The notes beneath the pieces were generated by a model that searched no databases, was not told where the DNA came from, and worked only from the letters and a program-made list of their open reading frames with translations. A stretch of 64,000 nucleotides of DNA, taken from an uncultured Clostridia bacterium (GTDB taxonomy: Bacteria; Bacillota; Clostridia; Christensenellales; UBA1242). Of this stretch, positions 1 to 9,737 are shown piece by piece (position 1 is the first letter of the stretch; the number at the start of each line of letters is the position of its first letter). Position numbers and translations under genes: made by a program. Where the stretch lies: NCBI GenBank assembly GCA_947584415.1, contig CANPWN010000001.1, positions 77,216-141,215 of the forward strand, written 5' to 3'.

Positions 1-524
1 GGCTTAACAATGATTGGGAATTTAAGTTTTCTCGCGGCTTTGTTTAAATCAATGTTTTCGCCTGCGACATAATCACAAACCGGAACGCCATATTTCGCCA
101 GCACAATCTTTGCCGTTTCCTTATCCATACAAGTGCTGCTTGCTTGCACAGATGGGCATGTGTAAGGAATTTGACATAATTGCATAAGTCCGCTGACCGC
201 CCCATCCTCACCATTAAGTCCATGCATGCACACAAGCGCTGCAGATGGTGTGAACTTTTTTTGTTTTCTTCCTTTACAAATAAGAACTTCGCCTTTCCCC
301 AAATTAAACCTTATGTATTTCACATTTTTGACAAGTGTATAAAAATCTGAATAAATATTCACATCTGTGAGATTGTCGCCCGTGACAAACTCTCCTTCAT
401 GCGTGACATACACGGGCAAAAAATCATAAACACCACAAATACTGTTCATGGCCTGTAATGCCGTTATGATTGAAATGTCATGTTCAACACTTTTGCCACC
501 ATATAACACCAAAATTTTTTCCAT
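1..524 (-). CDS. ddl: D-alanine--D-alanine ligase, N-terminal ~174 aa (gene runs off left edge)
   Basis: Hand translation of the minus strand from ATG 524 gives MEKILVLYGGKSVEHDISIITALQAMN...HGLNGEDGAVSGLMQL...KFPIIVKP with no stop down to position 1. SD GGGGG lies upstream. Absent from the ORF track because no stop falls in the window. Sits directly downstream of murF. Confidence 0.9.
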   Translation of the reverse strand, partial: MEKILVLYGGKSVEHDISIITALQAMNSICGVYDFLPVYVTHEGEFVTGDNLTDVNIYSDFYTLVKNVKYIRFNLGKGEVLICKGRKQKKFTPSAALVCMHGLNGEDGAVSGLMQLCQIPYTCPSVQASSTCMDKETAKIVLAKYGVPVCDYVAGENIDLNKAARKLKFPIIVK

Positions 525-535
525 ACATAACCCCC

Positions 536-1957
536 TTATTTATAATTATCAGGCAAATCATTTTCAAAAAGAATAACGCTGTCCTTTGTGTGCAATGTGC
601 TCAATAGTTCTTGTTGTTGTTTCCGCGTCTGCGCAAAATGAATGTGCTCTTCTTTCATGCCCACCGACATTGCGCCTTTTAAAAGCGAAGTTTTGTTTGT
701 TTCGTTCATGATAATCAGTTCATCACAACTTTCGCCAAACATCTTGCCAAGTTTGAAATTGAGTTCATATTGTTTGTCGCCCTGTTCAACAAGACCGGGA
801 CTGACAATTATTCTTTTGCCTTTAAACAGTTTTAAACACTCACAGGCTTGCCTGCCACCCTCTAAGTTTGAATTATAAGCGTCATCAATGATGGTCATGT
901 CGCCATTTTTTAGTAACTGCAATCTGTGCGGTGCAGGCTTAAGCATTTTGATTGCTTTTAATATTTTCCTGTCATCAACTCCAAGCACACTTGCCATGGT
1001 TGCTGCAACAACAATGTCGTTTATCAATTTTTCGCCCAAAATCTCAGTTTGCACAACATGTTTTTCACCATTTAATATGAGTTTTAACTTTGCGCCATTT
1101 GAAGAGTATTGCGCGCTTTGAATATAAATTGGCCCTGAAGGGTCGCCTGCCAAATATTTTTCACCGCAAAAGCGCTTGTAAAGTTTTTTTGCTATTTCGT
1201 TCGACCCATCAAACACGGCAAGCCCAGAAGAGCCAAGTTTTTCACAGAGTTCATATTTCGTTGCAATAACCGTGTCAATGTCGCCAAATGTTTCCAAATG
1301 CTGCTCTCCAATGGCAGTGATAATTCCATATTTTGGCTTTAACATATCCATAAGTTCATTTATGTCGCCCTTATGCCTTGCCCCCATTTCAACAATAAGC
1401 ACTTCGTCAGTTGAAGATAGATGCTCGAGTGCTGTCTTACATAAACCCATGGGGGTGTTGAAATTTCGCGGAGTTATGCAAACATTATATTTTTGCTTTA
1501 ACATGACGGCAAGAAAATTTTTTGTTGATGTCTTTCCAAAACTTCCTGTTATAGCAATTTTTATCCCCTTAAAATTCTGCAGAACTTTGCAAGCCTTTTT
1601 TATGTAAAAACGCTTTATCAAGTTTTCAAAGGGCAATAAAATCAGCCCACAAATTGAAAAAATCAAATTTAGTGCCATCAATTCTATCACACAGCACAGT
1701 GCAATAAGCCACGTCTCTGAAATAAGCATAAAGCAGCACAAATTTATGCCCGCAAGCACCAAAAAGTAAAAACAAATCAGCCTTATCATGCGTTTTGTGA
1801 AAACAAGGCTATTTTTGCCCCCAAATTCATATTTGAGCATGTATGAATGTGAAAAATAAAATTTCAAGTCATATCCGCAAAGTTGAAAGTTTTTTGCCAG
1901 CGGATATGAAAGAATAAACAACAACGCAGCAAACAAAATTCCTAAAAAAATTCTCAT
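536..1957 (-). CDS. murF: Mur ligase, MurF-like (UDP-MurNAc-tripeptide--D-Ala-D-Ala ligase) with hydrophobic N-terminal region
   Basis: P-loop ITGSFGKTSTK, C-terminal DDAYNSN motif, and adjacency to ddl. Start chosen at ATG 1957 (MRIFLGILF), which forms an ATGA overlap with the upstream stop. The first ~110 aa are predicted TM helices. Confidence 0.75.
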   Translation of the reverse strand: MRIFLGILFAALLFILSYPLAKNFQLCGYDLKFYFSHSYMLKYEFGGKNSLVFTKRMIRLICFYFLVLAGINLCCFMLISETWLIALCCVIELMALNLIFSICGLILLPFENLIKRFYIKKACKVLQNFKGIKIAITGSFGKTSTKNFLAVMLKQKYNVCITPRNFNTPMGLCKTALEHLSSTDEVLIVEMGARHKGDINELMDMLKPKYGIITAIGEQHLETFGDIDTVIATKYELCEKLGSSGLAVFDGSNEIAKKLYKRFCGEKYLAGDPSGPIYIQSAQYSSNGAKLKLILNGEKHVVQTEILGEKLINDIVVAATMASVLGVDDRKILKAIKMLKPAPHRLQLLKNGDMTIIDDAYNSNLEGGRQACECLKLFKGKRIIVSPGLVEQGDKQYELNFKLGKMFGESCDELIIMNETNKTSLLKGAMSVGMKEEHIHFAQTRKQQQELLSTLHTKDSVILFENDLPDNYK

Positions 1958-2682
1958 GTTTCCTCCTCGAGTAAAAAATCTTTCACCAATTTGCAAAACT
2001 GAATATTTCTGTCCTGAAAACAAAAATGCCCAGCCTTTTCCAAAATTGAAAGTTTTGAGCCTTTTATGAGCTTATTAAGCCGCTTTGCCATGTAAATTGG
2101 TGTTTGTCTGTCATCTCTTCCAAAAACAATAAAAGTTTTGGCTTCAATAAGTTTGCAATATTGCTCAAGATGGGTGTTGACTACGCTGACAAAAGTTGCT
2201 TTCATCCCTTCGCTAAGTTTTTGATAGTCGCTTGAACCTGCGTTTTTAGGCTTTTTGCCGCATTTTTTTTGAATTTTATACCATAAAACTTTGAAATAAT
2301 ATTTTATTCCCCGTCTTGGTTTCATCCCTGCGCTGTCAATTAAAACAAGTTTTTGCACCAAGTCTTTTCTTAAAGCGGCGACAAGAATTGCAATTCTTCC
2401 GCCAAAAGAGTGGCCAAAAAAATTGGCCTTTTTTATATTCAAATGCTCACATAATGATATGACCATGTTTGCGTATGAAAAAATTGAATTGTTTTCTCCG
2501 CCCTGACTTTTCCCAAAAGGCGGCAAGTCAACAATCACATTTTGATAAGTATTTAAACTTGAAACAACATCTTTAAAACTTTCGCCACTTTGACCCCAGC
2601 CATGCAAAAATATATTGATGGGCTTATCTTTGCGCCCACAGACAGAATAATACATTTTTGTTGATGGCAGATTTAAAAACAC
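1954..2682 (-). CDS. alpha/beta-fold hydrolase
   Basis: HGWGQS oxyanion-type motif and GHSFGG nucleophile elbow (GxSxG). 242 aa. Confidence 0.7.
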   Translation of the reverse strand: MFLNLPSTKMYYSVCGRKDKPINIFLHGWGQSGESFKDVVSSLNTYQNVIVDLPPFGKSQGGENNSIFSYANMVISLCEHLNIKKANFFGHSFGGRIAILVAALRKDLVQKLVLIDSAGMKPRRGIKYYFKVLWYKIQKKCGKKPKNAGSSDYQKLSEGMKATFVSVVNTHLEQYCKLIEAKTFIVFGRDDRQTPIYMAKRLNKLIKGSKLSILEKAGHFCFQDRNIQFCKLVKDFLLEEET

Positions 2683-2828
2683 ACCTTTATTTATGTCAAT
2701 TCAATGGTGTTTGCCACATATTGACAAAAAGTGAATAAATATTGTAAAAACATTTTGATATTTTTTATATTTTTGCTAAAATAATATTAGCAAGATATTG
2801 CGAGACTGAAAAAGGAAGGTATACAAAC

Positions 2829-3098
2829 TTGAAAATCACAGATGTTAGAGTAAGACTTGTAAGCAAAGATGACGCAAAACTTAAAGCGGTTGCGTCAATC
2901 ACCATTGAGGACAGCATTGTTGTTCATGACATCAAAGTTATCAATGGAAGAGATGGCCTGTTCATTTCAATGCCAAGCCGTAAAACTCCAGATGGGGAAT
3001 TTAAGGACATTGTTCACCCAATCAACACTGAGACAAGAGAAATGGTAAAAAATGCCATACTTGCCGCTTATGAAGCTGAAGTAAACAAAGCTGAATAA
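2829..3098 (+). CDS. spoVG: septation/sporulation regulator SpoVG
   Basis: [11 protein letters not shown]...[24 protein letters not shown] matches the SpoVG family signature. TTG start is preceded by AAAGGAAGG. Confidence 0.9.
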   Translation: MKITDVRVRLVSKDDAKLKAVASITIEDSIVVHDIKVINGRDGLFISMPSRKTPDGEFKDIVHPINTETREMVKNAILAAYEAEVNKAE

Positions 3099-3106
3099 AA
3101 ATAAAA

Positions 3107-3133
3107 AAACATCAGATTATCTGATGTTTTTTT
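3107..3133. terminator. bidirectional rho-independent terminator between the convergent spoVG and surface-protein genes
   Basis: aaacatcag-attat-ctgatgttt 9-bp stem, flanked by an A-run and a T-run. Confidence 0.75.
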
Positions 3134-3143
3134 GTTCAATTTT

Positions 3144-6100
3144 TTAGGCTGCAGCTTGCGCCGTAACAGTGAAGGTTAAGGTGAAAGGTTTTTCCTCGTC
3201 CCCTTCTGCTTTTAAATAATCTGATAAGATGTATTGAATAGTGCCATTGTTGTTTTTCTCTGCAATTACACCTGATGAAACAGATTCCCCTGTCACAGCA
3301 AACCCTTGGTTAACAGTCAATGTTATTGTGATATTGTTGCCTTTTGGAACTTGCACAATAAAAACATCACCTTCACCTTTAGCAGCATTTTTTGAAATTG
3401 AGCCATATTCGACTTTAACGGCTGAAGTGTTTGGTGCTGTGATTTCAAGATTATACACTTCTTCAACAACAAAAGTGAGAATTGCTGAATCAGAGATATA
3501 ATCTGAATAAGTGTAAGCGCCATCTTCAAAGGCAACAGTTCCTGAAACTGCAATCACATCTGTGATTTCATAGCCTTCTTTTGCTGTCAACTGCAATTTT
3601 ATTGTGCCACCAAGAGCAACATCAACTTTGAAGCCACCATTAATGCTTGTTATATTATTGCGATCAACAGCGTTGCCATTAACGGTTATTTTTATGCTGT
3701 CAATGTTGTTTGCATAGATGTATGCTGGATGAGTTGCTGCGCTGTTCATAAATGCTGAAACAACAACCTTTGATGCCTCTGTTGGCAAGAAGTAGCCCTC
3801 AGTGTCTTTGTTCCAAGTGTGATTGAAGTCAAACCCTGCTTCTTCAAGAGCGGCTTTGGAAGTTGAAACTTCATTAGCTTCAATTGGGAAAACATTAACA
3901 CCCAAAATAAAGAATTTTGTTTGAAGTTTTGCTTTAACACCATTTATGACAATGTCATCATCAGATAACAACGCTTTGTTGCCAATGCCACTAAGAAGTG
4001 GCTTGTATGAGCCAACAATTGCGGTGTTAGTGATTGTGCCATAGTCCATTGGAGAGCGTCTGTATTGTGACGCTGTTTCTGCATAGATGTTTGATTCTTT
4101 GCCAAAGTCATTTTGATTTGGCTTAAATTTAGGGTCAATGTAGCAGAAGTTAATCAAACTGCCCCTAAACAAGTATAAGGTCATGCCTGCTGACAAGGTT
4201 GAACCATTTAAGTTTGCCGCTGTCATGCAGTTTTCAATAACAGCACCGTCAAACAGGCTGACTGCAAAGCCACCAACATATGCACAATTAAGTGTTGTTG
4301 TGCTTGAAATGTAACTTTGTGAAATCTTTCCGCTTGCCACACCGGCAAAACCACCTGCCATTGCTGCATTGATTGTCATAGAGTCAGAAACTGAGTAATT
4401 GATAGCACTTGCTTGTGACATAATTCCAACAAAACCACCAGCGGTTGTTTTGTCGTTGTCAACAGCAAACTGGATTGTGTTTCCAGAAATTGAAGCAACA
4501 AGTGCATATTCAATTTTTCCACCATCTTGCCATCCAACAAGACCGCCCGCATAAGAGCGCCCCTTAAATTCTGTTGCAATGATGCCAAACCTGTCAACTG
4601 TAACATCTTGAGCAAAGCCTTTGCTGTAACCCATAATTCCACCAGCATAAACATTGCTAAGGTCATCCGCACCAAGTTTGATTTGCACGCCACCGCTCAC
4701 GCAATCTGAAAGTGAGCCATTATTTATTCCTGCAATGCCGCCAAGAGCAAAGCCACCAAGCGTTGCATCTGGAGTTGCTCCATCAGCAAGGCTGATTTGT
4801 GTTGATGTTAAAGAAGCACCAAATATTGTCTTTCCGCGGCCATTGATTGTTGGAAGAAAATCTGTTTCGCCTGTGTCATTTCCCATTTCGTCATAAACAG
4901 GTTGTTCTGTCAAATATTCTTCGGCATTGACTTTGCAGTTTTCAATCTTTCCGCCATCATTTATTCCAACAACACCGCCGGCAATTTGTTTTGCCTTAAT
5001 GTTGAAGCTTGAAAGATTGCAATTTGAAATATGAGCCATGCTGTTGTAACCAGCAATTGCACCGACAACTGAGCCTTTTATTTCAAAGAATTCTGATGTT
5101 TCGGAAATATCAATGCCTTCAATTTCAGTGTTTGTTCCATAAACAATTCCAAAAATTCCGCCATATCTGTTTTCCATGTTAGAGTTGATGTTCAAGTTTT
5201 TGAAAGTTAAAGTTTTGCCATCCATAGACTTGATTTTTCCAATAAATGGGCTGTCCTCTGTGCCTATTGGTTGCCACTCTGTGCCATAAACTTTGCCATC
5301 ATATACAATATCTTCTGTGATAACATAAGTCCTGTCAGCAGATGGATTGCTCCTCATCATTTGGAACACTTGGGCAACATTTTCTTTTGTTATGTTGCTT
5401 GAAGTTGTTCTTGTGGAATATGCTTGATATTCAACCACACCATCAGCATAGTCTAAGCCAAGTTGCAGGCGTTCACCTTCAACAATATGCCAAACATTTT
5501 CAAAATCAAAGTTGCATCCCTCGTAGGTTTCTGGGTTGGTTGCTTCGCTGTCCGTGATTTCCTTGACAATGATTGCTTCATCATTATAGCAATCACCATA
5601 TTTCTTTAATTTTGATGAAGTGCTGCCATATACATAATAAAGGTTGTCATAAGTTCCCCTAGATTCTCTGGTGTAAGCGCCGTTCATTGCCCCATACTCA
5701 CCAAAGATTTCATAGGTTTTTCCGCTCATTGTGTTAAGCCCTTCAATATAAACAACGCAGTTTGAAACAAATGGGTCATATATTGCTTCATAAATGTTGT
5801 TTTCATAGTCGCCAATTGCTTCATATTTGGAAATTGCGGCTATTCCACCATAGCAGAAAAATTCTTTAGATGGATTAAAGTCAAGTTTGCTTGTTTTAAC
5901 GAGGCAGTTAAATATAACACCACCATCATTTCTTCCAGCAACGCCACCAACAAAACTTTTGGAGGCAAGATTAACATCAATTGAGCAAATGTTGATTTCT
6001 GCAACTCTTGAGTCAATTCTGTTGAGAAGTCCGCAAACGCCACCAGTGTAAGCCTCAAAATCACTTGACATATCCAAATTGTTTATCACAGTGCAGTTGT

Positions 6101-6872
6101 TAAGTGAGCATTTTCCAATTGTGCCATAGCAAACGCCCGCTACAGTGCCGGCATAGAAGAAGCGCCCTTCAACTTTTGAGTTTTCAAAAACAACATTTTC
6201 AACAACTCCGCCCTTTCCAATCTTTGAAAAGAATCCAGCAGTTGAATAGTTAAGGTTGCCTTGTTCAATGTTCATATTGATGATTTTGTGTCTTGCAATG
6301 CCGCCAGAGAAAGTGCCAGTAAATTCATCAATAACAATTTTGCCTGAAGACTGATTGTCATATCTAATTTCGCCATCTTCACCATAAATTCCAATAGGCA
6401 TAAATGGTTTTGTCATCACAATGTCGTTTGCAAGTTCGTAGTGATCAGAATAATGCCATCCAAACTTGCCAATTCTGTTAAGGTCATCTTCATTTCTCAA
6501 ATAATAAGGTGTTTCAGTTGAGCCATCACCAATTTTGCAGTCAACAATAAATTCCTTTGCTTTATATTTTTCATTTGTTGATTTAAAAGTAATTCTGATT
6601 GGCCCAGGAGCAATGGCTGTCATTTTCCATGCATTAAGGTCAATTTTAACATATTTATCCCATCCGTCATCAACTGGGGCAAAGTCAGCATATTCCGCTG
6701 GATTGTCACGCTTGATTGGGATATCAAGGGTTTCATTAACATTCATATAAAAAGAATCAGTGTCTGCAACCAAACTTGTGATTGTTTCATCATCTCTGAC
6801 GACATAATAAATGGAAACGCCACATACCACAAGCACTATTGCGACCATAATGTATATTAAAAGTCTTTTCAT
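3144..6872 (-). CDS. large N-terminally anchored surface protein with many GLUG-type repeats
   Basis: Start at ATG 6872 (MKRLLIYIMVAIVLVV, TM anchor) after AAGGAGG. There are more than 12 repeats of the GG(I/V/L/F)(A/V)G...G.I..C type (GLUG motif). C-terminal region looks like Ig-like beta repeats. No LPXTG motif. Confidence 0.7.
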   Translation of the reverse strand: MKRLLIYIMVAIVLVVCGVSIYYVVRDDETITSLVADTDSFYMNVNETLDIPIKRDNPAEYADFAPVDDGWDKYVKIDLNAWKMTAIAPGPIRITFKSTNEKYKAKEFIVDCKIGDGSTETPYYLRNEDDLNRIGKFGWHYSDHYELANDIVMTKPFMPIGIYGEDGEIRYDNQSSGKIVIDEFTGTFSGGIARHKIINMNIEQGNLNYSTAGFFSKIGKGGVVENVVFENSKVEGRFFYAGTVAGVCYGTIGKCSLNNCTVINNLDMSSDFEAYTGGVCGLLNRIDSRVAEINICSIDVNLASKSFVGGVAGRNDGGVIFNCLVKTSKLDFNPSKEFFCYGGIAAISKYEAIGDYENNIYEAIYDPFVSNCVVYIEGLNTMSGKTYEIFGEYGAMNGAYTRESRGTYDNLYYVYGSTSSKLKKYGDCYNDEAIIVKEITDSEATNPETYEGCNFDFENVWHIVEGERLQLGLDYADGVVEYQAYSTRTTSSNITKENVAQVFQMMRSNPSADRTYVITEDIVYDGKVYGTEWQPIGTEDSPFIGKIKSMDGKTLTFKNLNINSNMENRYGGIFGIVYGTNTEIEGIDISETSEFFEIKGSVVGAIAGYNSMAHISNCNLSSFNIKAKQIAGGVVGINDGGKIENCKVNAEEYLTEQPVYDEMGNDTGETDFLPTINGRGKTIFGASLTSTQISLADGATPDATLGGFALGGIAGINNGSLSDCVSGGVQIKLGADDLSNVYAGGIMGYSKGFAQDVTVDRFGIIATEFKGRSYAGGLVGWQDGGKIEYALVASISGNTIQFAVDNDKTTAGGFVGIMSQASAINYSVSDSMTINAAMAGGFAGVASGKISQSYISSTTTLNCAYVGGFAVSLFDGAVIENCMTAANLNGSTLSAGMTLYLFRGSLINFCYIDPKFKPNQNDFGKESNIYAETASQYRRSPMDYGTITNTAIVGSYKPLLSGIGNKALLSDDDIVINGVKAKLQTKFFILGVNVFPIEANEVSTSKAALEEAGFDFNHTWNKDTEGYFLPTEASKVVVSAFMNSAATHPAYIYANNIDSIKITVNGNAVDRNNITSINGGFKVDVALGGTIKLQLTAKEGYEITDVIAVSGTVAFEDGAYTYSDYISDSAILTFVVEEVYNLEITAPNTSAVKVEYGSISKNAAKGEGDVFIVQVPKGNNITITLTVNQGFAVTGESVSSGVIAEKNNNGTIQYILSDYLKAEGDEEKPFTLTFTVTAQAAA

Positions 6873-6974
6873 TTTATCCTCCTTAGGCAATCAAAACCCA
6901 TAAGGTTTATTACAAACAACCTAATTATACAATCAATCATTTCAAATGTCAATACCCAAAAATTTGATAAAATG

Positions 6975-7004
6975 AAAAAAGTGCTTAAAAAAGCACCTTT
7001 TTTT
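6975..7004 (-). terminator. rho-independent terminator after ypeB
   Basis: gtgctt-aaaa-aagcac stem with a T-run on the minus strand. Confidence 0.55.
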
Positions 7005-7021
7005 CGCTAATTTTTTCGAAA

Positions 7022-8401
7022 TTACATCAATTTACTGCCATCATCAGTGTCAATGACTTTCAGCACATTTTCCTGTTCGCCAGAGTCTGCGTTTAAATAA
7101 AAGTAATAAGTGCTGCCATCTTTTTGGCATTTATATTCAAAGCAAACAACCTCTCTGCCATAATCCAATGGAGCAAGGACAAGCCTTTTGCTCAAAATTT
7201 GAAAGCCTGAAGGGACTTTGTTTTTAAAATCATTAACATTTTTACTTGGCGTTTTTAAGGCTCTTGGTATATGATTTAAGAAGTAATTTGTTGAATCATA
7301 ACCAATGACTGTCCCACTGGACATGTCAACTTTGACTTTCACCAAATCAGGATAAAGCACAATTCCATTTTCCGTTGGAGCAATGTTAAGATAAATGTTG
7401 TTTTGCAAAACATCTTGCCACACTATCTCTCCCTTTTCAATGCCATTTTCGGCGGCAAAATCTAAGGCAATCTTTTTTGCATCATCTTCCGTTATGTTTC
7501 TTTCTGAATTTGACGAACCTTGGCCGCTGACAGTCAAAATATGCCCTCCAATTTTTGAAACCTGAACAAAAAGCCTTTGACTATCCGTGTTTGTCACATG
7601 AAAAGTGTATGTTTCAAATCTGGAGTTTATTTCACCTGCATAATCAATGTCTGCGTAGTTTTTAAAGGTTTTTTCTATCTCCTTTCTGCACTCTTCTTTG
7701 TTAAGTTCTGCACCTTTAAGTCCTTTAACAGTCATGTCAAGTTCTGCGTCTGAAAATGGACCGTCATATATCATTGCAGGATAATCAACATCCTCACCTC
7801 GCATCTTACCCAAATCTATTGTAAAATTATTAAAATCACCGTCTAAATTCATGCTCTGGTCCAAAATGGAATAGTTTTTTTGCACTTTTCGGACAAAATC
7901 ATTGATTTCATTTTTCATATCCACAACACTTTCATGTAAGCGCTGAAGGGTTGAAAGGTCAGTTGAATCAAGTTCTCCACCCTTGGCAAGTTTGTCGGCA
8001 AGTGTTGAAGTATAACCGCTCATTTGATTTATAAATTTAACTCCGTCTGCAAGTTCATTTTGTGAAATTGGCAAAGATGATATGCAGTTTTGTGCAAGTG
8101 ATGAATTTTGTGACACTTCCATAAGCGTCTTTTTTTGAAATTCGCTTGAATTTGACGCCAAAATTTTGCCAAGTTTAATTTCTGTGTTGTTGACGCTTTC
8201 AACCAAATCATACAAATTCTTTTGATAAACATTTTCAAGTTGAACGCCATAATCATTGGCCATTTGCTGCGTATGAGCATATACGCATGCAAGCGCAATT
8301 GTTGAAGCACCCAAAACGCCAACTGCAATAGATAGCCCAATTATTGCCCCTTTTGCTCTTTTTTTTCTGCTATGATTGACACTTAAAACATCTTCTTTCA
8401 T
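7022..8401 (-). CDS. ypeB: germination protein YpeB
   Basis: N-terminal TM segment. The C-terminal end (LVLAPLDYGREVVCFEYK...YYFYLNADSGEQENVLKV) parallels the B. subtilis YpeB PepSY-like end. Lies immediately downstream of sleB. ATG 8401 follows GGGGGAAAG. Confidence 0.85.
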   Translation of the reverse strand: MKEDVLSVNHSRKKRAKGAIIGLSIAVGVLGASTIALACVYAHTQQMANDYGVQLENVYQKNLYDLVESVNNTEIKLGKILASNSSEFQKKTLMEVSQNSSLAQNCISSLPISQNELADGVKFINQMSGYTSTLADKLAKGGELDSTDLSTLQRLHESVVDMKNEINDFVRKVQKNYSILDQSMNLDGDFNNFTIDLGKMRGEDVDYPAMIYDGPFSDAELDMTVKGLKGAELNKEECRKEIEKTFKNYADIDYAGEINSRFETYTFHVTNTDSQRLFVQVSKIGGHILTVSGQGSSNSERNITEDDAKKIALDFAAENGIEKGEIVWQDVLQNNIYLNIAPTENGIVLYPDLVKVKVDMSSGTVIGYDSTNYFLNHIPRALKTPSKNVNDFKNKVPSGFQILSKRLVLAPLDYGREVVCFEYKCQKDGSTYYFYLNADSGEQENVLKVIDTDDGSKLM

Positions 8402-8409
8402 CTTTCCCC

Positions 8410-9081
8410 CTATATAGCAAACACATGATTGCCTATTGTGACGACAGTTGTTCTTGAATAAATCCATTTGCTTGTTGCAGTTGAAGCGTTGTAATAATAC
8501 AAACATCCATATGTAGGGTCCCAACCGTTCATGGCATCTCGTGCTGCATTGTAAGCAGTTTGATTTGGCTCTAAGTTAATCTGTCCATCATTGACAGCAG
8601 TAAATGCCCATGGCTGATAAACAACGCCCGCTATTGTGTTTGGGAACTGAGCGCTTTTAACTCGGTTAAGAATGACCGCTGCCACCGCGACCTGTCCTTC
8701 ATAAGGCTCACCTCTTGCCTCAGCATAAACGCATTTTGCAAGCACATAAAGGTCACTGCTGGACTGAGCGCTGGCTTGTGTGTTTAAGGAAATGCCAAGT
8801 GCTTTTGCAGTTTTTGGGCCAACAATGCCGTCAGCAACCAGACCTCTTGCTTTTTGAAAAGAAATAACCGCACTGCGCGTGCCTTTGCCATAAATTCCGT
8901 CAACTGAGCCTTTGTAATATCCGAGTTCTTTCAATTTTTGCTGAACGGCTTTGTTTTCACTGACCGACAACGCTTGTGACACACTTGGAACATCTTGAAC
9001 AAAACTTGTCCCAACAATTGTCATAGATGCGGTTGTAACAAGCAAAATCAAGCATAGCATTGAAACAAAAAAATTTTTCAA
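8410..9081 (-). CDS. sleB: spore cortex-lytic enzyme SleB (PG-binding domain plus Hydrolase_2 domain)
   Basis: Signal peptide; LKELGYYKGSVDGIYGKGTRSAVISFQ (PG_binding_1); VYAEARGEPYEGQVAVAAVILNRV (cell wall hydrolase 2). TTG start follows GGAGG. Confidence 0.88.
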   Translation of the reverse strand: MKNFFVSMLCLILLVTTASMTIVGTSFVQDVPSVSQALSVSENKAVQQKLKELGYYKGSVDGIYGKGTRSAVISFQKARGLVADGIVGPKTAKALGISLNTQASAQSSSDLYVLAKCVYAEARGEPYEGQVAVAAVILNRVKSAQFPNTIAGVVYQPWAFTAVNDGQINLEPNQTAYNAARDAMNGWDPTYGCLYYYNASTATSKWIYSRTTVVTIGNHVFAI

Positions 9082-9159
9082 AACAAACCTCCTTTGGTTT
9101 AAAGTTCAGGTTTATTATGAACAATTTTCAAAAAATAAAACAAAAAATGACATTTTTTA

Positions 9160-9681
9160 TCATTTTTTGATACTATTTATGATTTGCCAGAGTTTTGAAG
9201 TGTAATGCACATCTTTTTTTATATCTTTAAAACAAAACGCGGGATAAACCAAACACCACCAATTATCACCCTCGCCACTCCCTAATGACACAATCAGTGC
9301 GTCATACTTGCCCGCCGGCAAAGTCAAATTGTCATACGCCCGTGTTGGGAAGTCTTCTTCGCAAATTGATGCTTTTGAAGTGTAATTGACCCCTTTTGTT
9401 TGAAGAGCGGCATTTGCGACTTCGACTATAAATTTCATGTTTTTTGAAATGATATCCATTGCCTCTTGTTTTGTGTCCGCATCCTTTATGATGTCTGACA
9501 AGGCTTCAACAAGCACATCTTTTACAAAATATTTGACTTCCTGGTCAAATTGTGTGTTTGAATTTGCCCTCACATGAATTCTTAGATATTCTTCATTTGG
9601 CTTAACCGAGCCTGCAAATGAAAAATATATCATAATAATGCTCAAAATAACGCCCGCTCCACCACAAACAAACCACTTCAT
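9160..9681 (-). CDS. spoIIR: stage II sporulation protein R
   Basis: YLRIHVRANSNTQFDQEVKYFVKD...GEGDNWWCLVYP matches the SpoIIR signature. Confidence 0.9.
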   Translation of the reverse strand: MKWFVCGGAGVILSIIMIYFSFAGSVKPNEEYLRIHVRANSNTQFDQEVKYFVKDVLVEALSDIIKDADTKQEAMDIISKNMKFIVEVANAALQTKGVNYTSKASICEEDFPTRAYDNLTLPAGKYDALIVSLGSGEGDNWWCLVYPAFCFKDIKKDVHYTSKLWQIINSIKK

Positions 9682-9737
9682 AAAAAAACTCCTCCATCTT
9701 TGATAGAGAAGTTTTTGACAAAAAGGGGAAAGTTAAA

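Noticed and set aside
44-235. 63-aa minus-strand ORF at the left edge
   Set aside because: It is a different frame within the ddl coding region. The ddl frame gives a clean family-typical translation.
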